DNA from: Candidatus Latescibacterota bacterium
GTDB lineage: Bacteria > Latescibacterota > UBA2968 > GCA-2709665
Direction: 5' to 3'
DNA length: 64,000 bases
NCBI GenBank assembly: GCA_965219455.1
Contig: OZ244744.1
Location: forward strand, 4,448,001 to 4,512,000
Below the pieces are notes generated by a model, which made no database searches, was not told the origin of the DNA, and worked only from the letters and a program-made list of their open reading frames with translations. Positions 38,206 to 47,368 of this stretch are shown one piece after another (position 1 is the stretch's first letter; every line of letters starts with the position of its first letter). The translations under genes were made by a program, and so were the position numbers.

Positions 38206-38934
38206 ATGGAAATGAAAGTCGTAATTTACGGCGGTAATGGTATGTTGGGGCCCCACGTGGTGAAGGCCCTGGAGGAGCACGTGGCCTTGCGGTTAACCGA
38301 TCTGGAGCCGTTCGAAACGCCCCACGAAATGATGCCCGTGGACGTAGCGGACCCCGGGGCCGTTATGCGCGCGGCCGAAGGGATGGATGCGATCATTAAC
38401 CTGTCCGTCTTGCGGCCGCATCGAAAGATCGCGTTCGACGTGAATACCCTGGGGTGTTACAACGTCATGCGCGCAGCGGTCAGGCATGGGATCCGTCGGG
38501 TGATCAATACCGGACCGCACTTCACCGTTCAGGGGGACCCCTACGTCGCGTGGGACTATGGCATTGGCCCGGATGTGCCTCCGAAGCCCAGTACGAATTT
38601 GTATGCGCTTTCGAAGGGATTGGGGCAGGAAATATGTCGGATCTTTACGTTGCATTCCGACGTTTACGTGTTGTGTTACCTGTTTTGCATCTTTCGGGAT
38701 CACGATGCGTCGTCCGCGCCGGCTCGGGACTGGTCGTTCCTGGTATCGTGGCGGGACGCGGCCGCTGCGTTCCTGCCGGGGTTGACCATCGAACTGGACC
38801 GATTGCCGTCGCGGTGCGAGGTATTCAATATCTTCAGTGATCGTCCGCACGGGCAGTTTCTGAACGATAAAGCGAAGCGCATTCTGGGGTGGCAGCCGAA
38901 GGATGGCCTGCAATATACGTATTTGAAGAAATAG
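38206..38934 (+). CDS. NAD(P)-dependent epimerase/dehydrogenase (extended SDR), copy B (tandem paralogue)
   Basis: Same motifs (YGGNGMLG, YALSK). The 5' part is nearly identical in DNA to copy A. Confidence 0.85.
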   Translation: MEMKVVIYGGNGMLGPHVVKALEEHVALRLTDLEPFETPHEMMPVDVADPGAVMRAAEGMDAIINLSVLRPHRKIAFDVNTLGCYNVMRAAVRHGIRRVINTGPHFTVQGDPYVAWDYGIGPDVPPKPSTNLYALSKGLGQEICRIFTLHSDVYVLCYLFCIFRDHDASSAPARDWSFLVSWRDAAAAFLPGLTIELDRLPSRCEVFNIFSDRPHGQFLNDKAKRILGWQPKDGLQYTYLKK

Positions 38935-38965
38935 ACGCCCGCCCACCGTTGAAAATTTCAGGGTT

Positions 38966-40309
38966 ATGCTCGTGAATTATACACCGCATACGGATCGAGA
39001 TATCCGGAAAATGCTGGAGACGATCGGGGTCGATTCAGTAGAGGCATTGTTTGAACCGGTGCCGGAATCCCTTCGCCTGAATTCCCTGAATCTGCCCGCC
39101 GGCATCAGCGAGATGGAGGCGCTTGGGCTGGTTCAGGACCTTGGCCGGTCAGCGCGAGAGCAAACGCCTGCGCTGTCTTTCGTTGGCGGCGGCGCCTACG
39201 AGCACTTCACGCCCAGCGTCGTTGATGCAATGATTTCACGCAGCGAGTTCTATACGGCATATACACCGTATCAGGCGGAGGTGAGCCAGGGTACGCTGCG
39301 GGCAATTTTCGAGTTCCAGACCATGGTCTGCGAGTTGACCGGTATGGAGGTGGCCAACGCCTCCATGTACGACGGCGCGTCCGCCCTTGCGGAAGCGGTG
39401 TTGATGGCGGTGCGGATTAACGACGGTTCCCGCGTACTGCTGCCGCGCAGCCTGCACCCGTTCTACCGGCGTGTGGTGGAGACGTATGCGTGGGGAATCG
39501 GACTGGAATTGGTGGAAATTCCGTGGACGGATGCCGGAACGATCGACCTGGACCGGGTCGAGTCGGAGATGAATGACGACACTGCCGCGGTGGTCGTGCA
39601 GAATCCGAATTTTTTGGGCGTGCTGGAACCGCTGGACGCACTGGGAAGCCTTATACGGAATCACCGGGCGGCCTATGTCGCGGCGGTGAATCCGATTTCC
39701 CTGGGGGTGATCCGGCCCCCGGGAGACTTCGGAGCGGACATTGTGGTCGGCGACGGGCAGCCGCTGGGATTGCCGTTGTCCTACGGGGGTCCCTACGTGG
39801 GGATGTTCGCCACGTGCGAACAGCATATTCGACGAATGCCCGGGCGGGTGGTCGGGCAGGCCACCGATGCGGATGGAAGGCGGGGGTTCGTGATGACCCT
39901 GCAGACGCGCGAACAGCATATTCGTCGGGAACGGGCAACCTCGAATATCTGTACGAATCAGACGCTATGCGCGACGGCGGCGACCGTCTATCTCGCGTCG
40001 CTGGGGCCGGAAGGTCTGCGGGAAGTTGGCATGTTGAACTGGAACCGAAGCCACGATGCGGCGGCTGCGCTGCGCGAGATCGATGGGCTTTCTCTCAAGT
40101 TCTCCGGCGCGTCGTTCAACGAGTTCGTGGTTGAAACCACCCGGCCGGCGCAGGAAGCACTCGGCGCGTTACGAGGAAAAGGCATCGCCGGCGGTATCGA
40201 TCTGGGGCGTTTTTATCCCGAACTGGACCGGTGCGTTCTGACGTGTTTGACCGAAACGAAGACCGGAACGGACGTGACGCGTCTGGTTGATGCCTGGAGA
40301 GACGTGTAA
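38966..40309 (+). CDS. gcvPA: Glycine dehydrogenase (decarboxylating) subunit 1
   Basis: YTPHT..DI..ML..IG, FVGGGAYEH, EFYTAYTPYQAEVSQG.L..IFEFQT, ANASMYDG, GGPYVG, LQTREQHIRRERATSNICTNQ. Confidence 0.96.
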   Translation: MLVNYTPHTDRDIRKMLETIGVDSVEALFEPVPESLRLNSLNLPAGISEMEALGLVQDLGRSAREQTPALSFVGGGAYEHFTPSVVDAMISRSEFYTAYTPYQAEVSQGTLRAIFEFQTMVCELTGMEVANASMYDGASALAEAVLMAVRINDGSRVLLPRSLHPFYRRVVETYAWGIGLELVEIPWTDAGTIDLDRVESEMNDDTAAVVVQNPNFLGVLEPLDALGSLIRNHRAAYVAAVNPISLGVIRPPGDFGADIVVGDGQPLGLPLSYGGPYVGMFATCEQHIRRMPGRVVGQATDADGRRGFVMTLQTREQHIRRERATSNICTNQTLCATAATVYLASLGPEGLREVGMLNWNRSHDAAAALREIDGLSLKFSGASFNEFVVETTRPAQEALGALRGKGIAGGIDLGRFYPELDRCVLTCLTETKTGTDVTRLVDAWRDV

Positions 40310-41760
40310 TGGATCGGGATCTGTTGATTTTTGAAAGGGGTGAAAGCGGGCGGCGTTGTACGACCTATCCGGATGCCGGCGCTCCGGTTGTGCCCATACC
40401 CGAAGCTATGTATCGGAATGACGCGCCTGCGTTGCCGGAAGTCAGCGAACTTGAACTGGTGCGCCATTACGTTAAGCTCTCGACCATGAACTTCAGTATC
40501 GATACCGCGTTTTACCCGCTGGGTTCGTGTACGATGAAGTACAATCCCAAAGTACACGAACGCGCCGCACGGCTACCTGATTTCGCGGGATTGCATCCCT
40601 TCGCGGATGCGTCGTCGTCCCAGGCGGCGTTACGTGTCTTGTGGGAAATGGATGAGATATTGAAAGCCGTAACCGGGATGGACGGTTTTACGTTTCAGCC
40701 GGCGGCCGGAGCACAGGGAGAATTCGTCGGGATCTCACTGATAGCGGCGTACCACCGTGAGAAACAAGATAGCAGGCAGATCGTGCTGATTCCGGATTCG
40801 GCCCACGGTACAAACCCCGCTACCGCGGCGATGTGCGGCTTTCGGGTGGAGACATTGAAGTCTACCGACCGAGGAACCGTGGATGTCGCGGATCTGAAAG
40901 CCAAGATGAACGACCGGGTCGCGGGATTGATGCTGACCAATCCCAATACTTTCGGCGTGTTCGAGGATGAGATCCTGGAAATCCAGCAGGTGGTCCACGA
41001 CGGCGGGGGGTTGCTCTATTACGATGGAGCGAATTTGAACGCATTCTTAGGACAATGCCGGCCTGGAGATATGGGTTTTGACGTTGTCCACATCAACTTG
41101 CACAAGACTTTCACCACCCCGCATGGGGGTGGCGGCCCCGGGTCCGGGCCGGTCGGCGTGAAGGAAGCGTTGCTGCCTTATTTGCCGGTCCCTGTCGTGG
41201 CGAAAGAAGGCGATCTCTTCCGGTTGGACTACGATCGCCCGCAGTCGATCGGAAAGGTCAGTACGTTCTACGGAAATTTCGGGATGGTGATTCGTGCCTA
41301 TGTATACGCCAGAATGCTGGGCGCGGAAGGGATGCGGCGCACAAGCGAGATGGCAGTCTTGAACGCGAATTATATCGCCAGCCGGCTGGACGGCTACTAT
41401 GACCGCCCGAAATCGGCTCAGCCCATGCACGAAATGGTGTTCTCGGCGTCGCGGCAGAAACGGGCCAACGGGGTGAGCGCTCTGGATATCGCCAAGAGAC
41501 TGATCGACTACGGACATCACCCGCCCACGATTTATTTTCCGTTGCCCAGGGTGGCGCCGGAGGCGATGTTGATCGAGCCGACGGAGACCGAGAGCCTGGA
41601 ACAGCTTGACGAGTTCATCGACGCTATGATCCGGATCGCCAGAGAAGCAAAAGAGGACGCCGACCTGTTGCGCAATGCGCCGCATCACACGACCGTGCGG
41701 CGGCTGGATGAAGCAACGGCCGCGCGGAAGCCCGTGCTGCGAGCGAACCGGGGCGCATAA
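40309..41760 (+). CDS. gcvPB: Glycine dehydrogenase (decarboxylating) subunit 2
   Basis: LPEVSE...VRHY, YPLGSCTMKYNP, QPAAGAQGE, PDSAHGTNPA, YYDGAN, NLHKTF.TPHGGGGPG, IEPTETES. TAATG coupling with gcvPA. Confidence 0.96.
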   Translation: MDRDLLIFERGESGRRCTTYPDAGAPVVPIPEAMYRNDAPALPEVSELELVRHYVKLSTMNFSIDTAFYPLGSCTMKYNPKVHERAARLPDFAGLHPFADASSSQAALRVLWEMDEILKAVTGMDGFTFQPAAGAQGEFVGISLIAAYHREKQDSRQIVLIPDSAHGTNPATAAMCGFRVETLKSTDRGTVDVADLKAKMNDRVAGLMLTNPNTFGVFEDEILEIQQVVHDGGGLLYYDGANLNAFLGQCRPGDMGFDVVHINLHKTFTTPHGGGGPGSGPVGVKEALLPYLPVPVVAKEGDLFRLDYDRPQSIGKVSTFYGNFGMVIRAYVYARMLGAEGMRRTSEMAVLNANYIASRLDGYYDRPKSAQPMHEMVFSASRQKRANGVSALDIAKRLIDYGHHPPTIYFPLPRVAPEAMLIEPTETESLEQLDEFIDAMIRIAREAKEDADLLRNAPHHTTVRRLDEATAARKPVLRANRGA

Positions 41761-41791
41761 CGCCCATGCCAATATCACCTTCAACGATGAT

Positions 41792-42226
41792 TCAACCCGC
41801 GCGTGTTGACCCTCGACACGTGATTTCAATCAGGTTGCCGTCGGGATCCTGGAGAAACACAAACCGGTTTCCGTCGTGCGGTCTGATTCCCGGACCGCCG
41901 ACGACATGTACCCACTCGCCGTCCAGAGATTTGATGACGCGTTTAAAGTCTGAAACCTCCAGCGCGATGTGGCGCCTGGACGGATCGGGGTGTTCTTCCG
42001 CGACCAGAAGGTGTATTTCCACGCTTCCGCATCGGTACCACGCGCCTTCGAAATCGTAACGGGGCCGGGGGATCGGGTGCAGGCCCAGGAATTTCTCGTA
42101 AAAGGACCTGGATCGATCCAGATTGCGTGCGACAAGGGTGATGTGGTGCACGCCCACGATGTCCAGCACGGGGGAGACCGCACCCCGGACAGAGCATTCC
42201 GGACTATTTAGGGTATCGTGTGCCAC
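41792..42226 (-). CDS. VOC/glyoxalase family protein
   Basis: VHHITL..RNLDRS..FY...LGL..IPRP, GAWY, HIAL.V, F.QDPDGNLIEI. The true start is probably near 42169. Confidence 0.85.
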   Translation of the reverse strand: MAHDTLNSPECSVRGAVSPVLDIVGVHHITLVARNLDRSRSFYEKFLGLHPIPRPRYDFEGAWYRCGSVEIHLLVAEEHPDPSRRHIALEVSDFKRVIKSLDGEWVHVVGGPGIRPHDGNRFVFLQDPDGNLIEITCRGSTRAG

Positions 42227-42231
42227 GGTTC

Positions 42232-43113
42232 TCAGTTCTCCGTAAGGTATGCACGGATTTTGCGCACTCGCGACGGGTGTTTGAGTGCGGCAAGGGCCTT
42301 GTCTCGAATCTGTCGGACTCGCTCCTTTGTAAGGCTGAGTTGATTGCCGATTTGTTCGAGCGTCATGGAGTCTTGGCCGTTAATTCCGAAATAGAGCCGT
42401 AGAATTCGCGCTTCCCGCGAGGCAAGGGAATCCAGCGCGGACCGAATCTCGTCGGCCATCGCCTGTTCCATCACTTCAACCTCGGGCGATACCTGGTCTT
42501 TGTCTTCCAGGACTTCCAGCAGGGAAGAGTCCGGCCCGTCGTCCAGCGGCATGTCCAGTGACACGTGCCATCGCGATGCGTTCAACAGGTCCTGCGCTTG
42601 CTTGGGCTGCATCTCCGCCCCCACCGCGATCTCGTCGATGCTGGGTTCCCTGCCAAGTTTCTGCTTCAGGCTTGACGCGATACGCTCCAGCCGGCACAGG
42701 TGTTTGATCTTGTTTACCGGAAGCCTGACCATACGGGCTTTTTCGGCAAGCGATGAGAGAATGCCCTGTCGGATCCACCAGACCGCATAGGTTGTAAATT
42801 TGACACCGACCGTTTCGTCGTACCGCGTTACAGCGCGAACCAACCCGAGGTTGCCCTCGGCAATCAGATCTTCCAGGGGCAAGCCACGCCCCTGGTATTC
42901 TTTGGCGATCGTGATGACGAACCGGAGGTTGCACTCGACCATCTGATCCAGACTCTTGCGGTCGCCGGCCCTGATACGCTTGGCCAATGCCACTTCCTGT
43001 TGCGGCGTGAGCAGATCATTATAGGCAATATCCTTGAGATAAAGCTCAAGCGCCGTCCGATTCTTTCCCCGTGATGAGATTCCGTTCTGCTGGCTCACTA
43101 CCGTTGCAGGCAT
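42232..43113 (-). CDS. RpoD/RpoS-family sigma-70 factor lacking region 1.1
   Basis: LYLKDI....LLT..QE..LA, NLRFV..IAKEY.GRGL.L.DLI.EGNLGL, KFTTYAVWWIRQ, RMVRLP, HVSLD.P, TLEQIG..L.LTKERVRQI. Confidence 0.93.
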   Translation of the reverse strand: MPATVVSQQNGISSRGKNRTALELYLKDIAYNDLLTPQQEVALAKRIRAGDRKSLDQMVECNLRFVITIAKEYQGRGLPLEDLIAEGNLGLVRAVTRYDETVGVKFTTYAVWWIRQGILSSLAEKARMVRLPVNKIKHLCRLERIASSLKQKLGREPSIDEIAVGAEMQPKQAQDLLNASRWHVSLDMPLDDGPDSSLLEVLEDKDQVSPEVEVMEQAMADEIRSALDSLASREARILRLYFGINGQDSMTLEQIGNQLSLTKERVRQIRDKALAALKHPSRVRKIRAYLTEN

Positions 43114-43284
43114 TACTTTCCCCCAGGCAATGGTGCGGACGTCTGCATGCGGGTGCCGGGCGCATTTCAACTATTCACGGCAATACCCGGAACCCGTACG
43201 TAGACAAGTCCTGTACGGGTACCATACACTACCGACGACAGGCTGGTTTGAAAACACCACCTGTGAACGTGGACAACACGATGT

Positions 43285-43586
43285 GGAAAGGGGAGGAAAG
43301 AAAAAAGGGAGAAGGGGAATCTGGAGAGTTCAACCCCTCTTGGGGCGAGGCGTTGAACTTGTGGGGAAAACGGAAGATAGAGCCGGGAACCCTTTAGGGG
43401 AAAGGTTCCCTGATGCTATTTCCTGATCTGCGCCTTCCTGGTTCTGCAACCTGGAACTTACTCTCAGCCCGAGAGCAGGTTCATTCCCGGAATCACCGTT
43501 TCACAACCGCGGGGCACGGCTGATAGCTGCGGGAACTCCGAGTCCATCCGAATTCTATCGGTTCCAATGTACCGAAAGTCGTGTGA
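43285..43586 (-). ncRNA. Candidate structured 5' leader or small RNA upstream of the sigma factor (family not recognised)
   Basis: Several nested and alternative helices plus a pyrimidine/U tract, downstream of a consensus promoter. See findings. Confidence 0.35.
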
Positions 43587-43592
43587 AATAGC

Positions 43593-43621
43593 AAGATAAC
43601 ACACGACCGGCGTTTTGTCAA
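43593..43621 (-). promoter_or_regulatory. Sigma-70-type promoter
   Basis: Minus strand TTGACA (43621-43616), 17-nt spacer, TATCTT (43598-43593), with a TGn extended -10. Confidence 0.6.
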
Positions 43622-43696
43622 CCCAGGATCGCGGTTTTTTTTGAACCAGGTAAAGAAATGGGATCGGCGGAATTCACCGGAGGTCGTGGTCGGGCC

Positions 43697-43729
43697 TACC
43701 AGCCCGTTGAAAAAGTCCATCCGGTTACG
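43697..43729. repeat. Solo end of the MITE-like element found at 47194-47357
   Basis: TACCAGCCCGTTGAAAAAGTCCATCCGG closely matches the reverse complement of the element's right end, TAACAGGCCGTTGAAAAAGTCCATCCGG. Confidence 0.6.
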
Positions 43730-43753
43730 GGGAGGCGCGCCCCGGTCCGGCGT

Positions 43754-44263
43754 TTATTCGTCCACTTCGCCTTCCGGGCCGCGCGTACCCAGATCTCTGT
43801 CCAGAATAAACAGGCCGTTGCCGTCGTTGCCAACCAATTTCAGTTTGTTAACGATATCGCTCGCGGTGGCTTCTTCTTCCACCTGTTCGGTCACGAACCA
43901 CTGGAGAAAGGTGTTGGTGGCGTGGTCTCTTTCCTTAAGGCAAAGGTCCACCAGGTCGTAGATCTGAGTGGTTACGGCCTTTTCGTGTTGATAGGCATCT
44001 TCGAACGCCGCCAGTGAATTGTCCCACTGCCGTTTGGGCGCTGCGATGGTCGTGAGTGCTACCTCGCCCTCGCGATCGTTGATAAAGTCGTAAACCTTCA
44101 TGGCGTGCACCAATTCCTCCTGCGCCTGGGCACGCATCCAGGAGGCAAAACCCGTCAGGTTGATGGCATGAAAATAAGCGGACATGGAAAGATAATAATA
44201 CGAGGCATAGAGTTCGGAATTCAACTGATCGTTCAAGGCGGCCTGTACATTATCTCTAAGCAT
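43754..44263 (-). CDS. ftnA: Non-haem ferritin
   Basis: LNDQLN.ELYASY.YLSMSAYF, QAQEE..HAMK, HEK.VT, FLQWFV.EQVEEE ferroxidase residues. Confidence 0.93.
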   Translation of the reverse strand: MLRDNVQAALNDQLNSELYASYYYLSMSAYFHAINLTGFASWMRAQAQEELVHAMKVYDFINDREGEVALTTIAAPKRQWDNSLAAFEDAYQHEKAVTTQIYDLVDLCLKERDHATNTFLQWFVTEQVEEEATASDIVNKLKLVGNDGNGLFILDRDLGTRGPEGEVDE

Positions 44264-44441
44264 TCACATTCTCCATGCGGACAAACGACCAGAGCACATA
44301 AGAGGGTCAATTCCGGTTTTTGCGATAGGCTGCGTACAATGGCTCACCCTATCTCATCTGTGATGTGACGACAAACCGAGGGGATGCAAGTATACCAAAA
44401 ACCGAAAAGAAAACAAGGGTTTCCTTTACTGATCCCTAACA

Positions 44442-44475
44442 GAAAGCCATCCTGCCTGTCAGCAGGATGGCTTTC
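44442..44475. terminator. Perfect 14-bp hairpin downstream of the TonB-dependent receptor gene
   Basis: GAAAGCCATCCTGC-ctgtca-GCAGGATGGCTTTC. Confidence 0.6.
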
Positions 44476-44609
44476 CAACGGGACGAGATGGTGGAGAGAT
44501 CAGCGGGCGGGTTACGGGCGGATCTTAAAAGTCTCGGGCCGGCCGTTTGCATCGTCCGAATTGAACGTCTACCCGCGACAGCTGCCGCGATACAACCTGG
44601 TTAGCAGTG

Positions 44610-46898
44610 TCAAAAATCGGTCTTGACGCCACCGATCAACCTGCGCGGCAAACCGGGTCGCACGCCTGCCGGGCGGCGTGCCGTGATGTAGGTCTTGTCG
44701 CTCAGGTTCCGCACGCCACCGAACAGCTTTGCGCGTTCCGTGAGCTTGAATTCTGCAGTGAAGTCCACAACCAATGCGGCGTCGGTACTCGCGAGTTCGG
44801 CGATGGCGCCAGAACCGGGTTCCGTTCGCATTCGGCTCGAATACTTCCCGCCCAGATCCAGGCCCCACCGTTCATAGTTCAGACCGACGTTTATGAAATA
44901 CTGGTGTCTGGGAATGTAGGGCAGTTCGTCGCCCTCTGTCACCGTGCCCCATGCATCGAATTCGCTATCGAAGTTGCTTCTGAACTGGGCGCTGGTGAAT
45001 GTATAGACAAGCCGGATTGGCAGCGAAAAGGGTTGTTGGGCGGCCTGTGCAGGGTCGTATCGCAATTCAAACTCCAGGCCTTTGGAGACGGCCCCGCCAC
45101 CGTTGAACAGGTCACCGGAGCCGCTTCCGCCCGCGGCGGCCAGGTCTGCGCCAAGCAGGTTGTCGTAGTTGTTTAAATAGACGATGGCCTCGGTACGGAG
45201 GGTGTTTTTTCGGTAACGCAGGCCCACTTCGTAACCGATGCTGTCTTCAGGCCTGGTGCCCGCCCTGGAGCCGGGCGGGGAGAATCCTTTGTGGACGCCG
45301 GCAAAGACACTTGCGCCGGATGGCAGTTTGTAGTTGACGCCAAGGCCGGGGATCCATACGGACACCTTGTTTTCCCGGTCCGTGAGGTTCGCGCCTGACC
45401 TGTCCGGATCCGACTTGCCGTAGTCTCTACGGTCGATTTTGATATTTTCGTACCTGATTCCCGGTGTGATCAGCCACTTGTCGCGGGTGAATTTGTATTG
45501 CGCGAAAGACGCGAAGGCGGTTGCCGTTTCCACGCGGTTGCTTTCCGTACCCTTCGCTCCGGCATCGGTCAGTTTCATGACGCCTGTATCCATTCTGTAC
45601 TTGTCTACCCATTGGAATCTGTCGATCTGGTCCTCGTGGAGCCGGAAACCGATTTCCAGTGCGTGGCTCATACCGTTGTTTTCGCCGCGTAGCGAGATAG
45701 TGGCCTGCGCACCCCTGGCGTAGTAACTTCGGTTGTTGGCCTTGACTTCCAGGGCGTTGTCGTTGGGGCTCGTTGCGCCGGTGATGATGTCGTATTCCGC
45801 TGTGTGTCCAATGGGATCTTTCAGGATACTGCCAATCCTGCCCCGGTCTCCGTCAAGAGAGGCTCGCGCCCGATCCAGCTTGTACCAGTTGCGATGGAAA
45901 TTGGTATGATACAGAGCGGCGGTAAAGTCGAGTGTTTCGTTTGCCTGGATGAAGTAGCGAACCAGCACCTGCTCCTGTTCGGCGGTCATCAGGTCCATCT
46001 GGGATCCGGCATATCGACGATAGGGCGTCCTGGCAAAGTCGGAATCGGTTAACCCCAGATAGGTCTCGTTTGACGTTTCGTTCGCCCGTCCCAGCTTGAG
46101 CAGCAGTTCCTGATACCCATCGCCGACGTCACGGGTGTTGACGCGGAATTTGGCGAGGTAGTCTTCTTTGTCAAACCCGGTATCGCCTCCGCCGTCCAGA
46201 ACCTTGTAGCCGTCGGTATTGGCCTGGTAACTTTCGATCATCCAGCCGAAATTCTCGTATGCGTCTCCCGCATACGTGTGGATATTGTGGGATCCATCCT
46301 GTCCAAGGGAAAGGTTCGCGCGGCCGCTGAAACGATCGGGAATGGCCGTCGAGATCAGGTTCAAAGCCCCACCCGTGGTGTACGGGCCGTGTTTGATCTG
46401 GCTGGACCCCTTTCGGACTTCGATGCTCTGCATGCGGCCCGCAGTAGGGAAATAATAGGCGGCGGGCGCGACGTACGGCGCCGGCGCCATCAGAATACCG
46501 TCTTCCATGAGGGTGATCTTGGCGCTGCGCTCCACGCCGGTGCCACGCATGCCGATGTTGGGGCGCAGGCCATAACCCTCCTCGTCCTGTATATTCACAC
46601 CTGGCACCTCGCGCAAGATGCGCAGGATGTCGTTGTAATTCTGTTTGGCAAGCCTTGCCTCGCCGATGTAGTGGGCCGATCCGGGAATATCGTTGATTTT
46701 GTCCGGGTCTCCGATGACCATCACGCGGTCGAGGACGATGACTTCGGCCAGAATCGAGTCGGCCTGTGCGGGCGTGGCTGTGGCGGTTGAGTCCTCCGCG
46801 AGCGCCCTGCTGCCGCCGGCCCCCGAAAGTACAAGGACGCCGAAGGCGCACGATAGTAGACGTCTTCCGAGGTAAGGTTGTACGATGCTCATGGTCAT
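44610..46898 (-). CDS. TonB-dependent outer-membrane receptor, FecA-like (probably iron uptake)
   Basis: Signal peptide; plug region IPGSA, LREVPGV...E.GYGLRPNIGMRG, IEVRKG...GP...GGALN; C-terminal NL.DK.Y..ARRPAGVRPGLPR....GVKTDF ending in Phe. Confidence 0.9.
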   Translation of the reverse strand: MTMSIVQPYLGRRLLSCAFGVLVLSGAGGSRALAEDSTATATPAQADSILAEVIVLDRVMVIGDPDKINDIPGSAHYIGEARLAKQNYNDILRILREVPGVNIQDEEGYGLRPNIGMRGTGVERSAKITLMEDGILMAPAPYVAPAAYYFPTAGRMQSIEVRKGSSQIKHGPYTTGGALNLISTAIPDRFSGRANLSLGQDGSHNIHTYAGDAYENFGWMIESYQANTDGYKVLDGGGDTGFDKEDYLAKFRVNTRDVGDGYQELLLKLGRANETSNETYLGLTDSDFARTPYRRYAGSQMDLMTAEQEQVLVRYFIQANETLDFTAALYHTNFHRNWYKLDRARASLDGDRGRIGSILKDPIGHTAEYDIITGATSPNDNALEVKANNRSYYARGAQATISLRGENNGMSHALEIGFRLHEDQIDRFQWVDKYRMDTGVMKLTDAGAKGTESNRVETATAFASFAQYKFTRDKWLITPGIRYENIKIDRRDYGKSDPDRSGANLTDRENKVSVWIPGLGVNYKLPSGASVFAGVHKGFSPPGSRAGTRPEDSIGYEVGLRYRKNTLRTEAIVYLNNYDNLLGADLAAAGGSGSGDLFNGGGAVSKGLEFELRYDPAQAAQQPFSLPIRLVYTFTSAQFRSNFDSEFDAWGTVTEGDELPYIPRHQYFINVGLNYERWGLDLGGKYSSRMRTEPGSGAIAELASTDAALVVDFTAEFKLTERAKLFGGVRNLSDKTYITARRPAGVRPGLPRRLIGGVKTDF

Positions 46899-47068
46899 TT
46901 CCCTCTCTTGTTTGCCGTCTGGCGGTTGGTTGAGGCCTGTCGTACATTCGGTCGATTGTGGTAACGACTTCCGATTTTCCGGAGGCGAACCCGAATTTTT
47001 TGAGGCCGCCATTTTGGTATACAAAGGAAACAATTATTAAATATATACGACAATTGTTTTATAACTAT

Positions 47069-47097
47069 AACATACGAGTCCGGTTTTCAAATGTCAA
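47069..47097 (-). promoter_or_regulatory. Sigma-70-type promoter for the TonB-dependent receptor
   Basis: Minus strand TTGACA (47097-47092), 17-nt spacer, TATGTT (47074-47069), in an AT-rich intergenic patch. Confidence 0.55.
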
Positions 47098-47193
47098 GAA
47101 AAACCCGGCCTTTTTGAGGCGGAACAAAAAAAACGATTGGCTGCGATATCGAGGATATCTATTTTACGTAAAACCGGTGTTGAATTCATTGTA

Positions 47194-47357
47194 AACAGTC
47201 CGTTGATAAAGTCGTTCTGCAGGCGAGGCCGAGTCATTGTGGTCGAAGACAAGGCGCGCGACCGCGTCGAATCGGGGGATTCGGGGAGGGAGTGCAACGC
47301 AGTAATTCGGCCACAAGGGCCGGACGCAGCCCGGATGGACTTTTTCAACGGCCTGTT
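47194..47357. mobile_element. MITE-like non-autonomous element (about 164 bp)
   Basis: Terminal inverted repeats AACAGTCCGTTGATAAAGTC (47194-47213) and GACTTTTTCAACGGCCTGTT (47338-47357) match at 18 of 20 positions. No coding capacity. A related end lies at 43697. Confidence 0.6.
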
Positions 47358-47368
47358 AAGGAGCGATT

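Noticed and set aside
43318-43480. Fragments resembling glycine (TCTGGAGAG, CTCTCAG), TPP (CCTGATCTG, GCTGAGA) or FMN riboswitch motifs
   Set aside because: The pieces fall on different strands or in the wrong order, so no known family is called. The region is reported only as an unassigned structured leader.
47030-47095. Possible Fur box upstream of the TonB-dependent receptor
   Set aside because: The region is AT-rich with at best a half-site (TTTTCAA). There is no convincing 19-bp palindrome.
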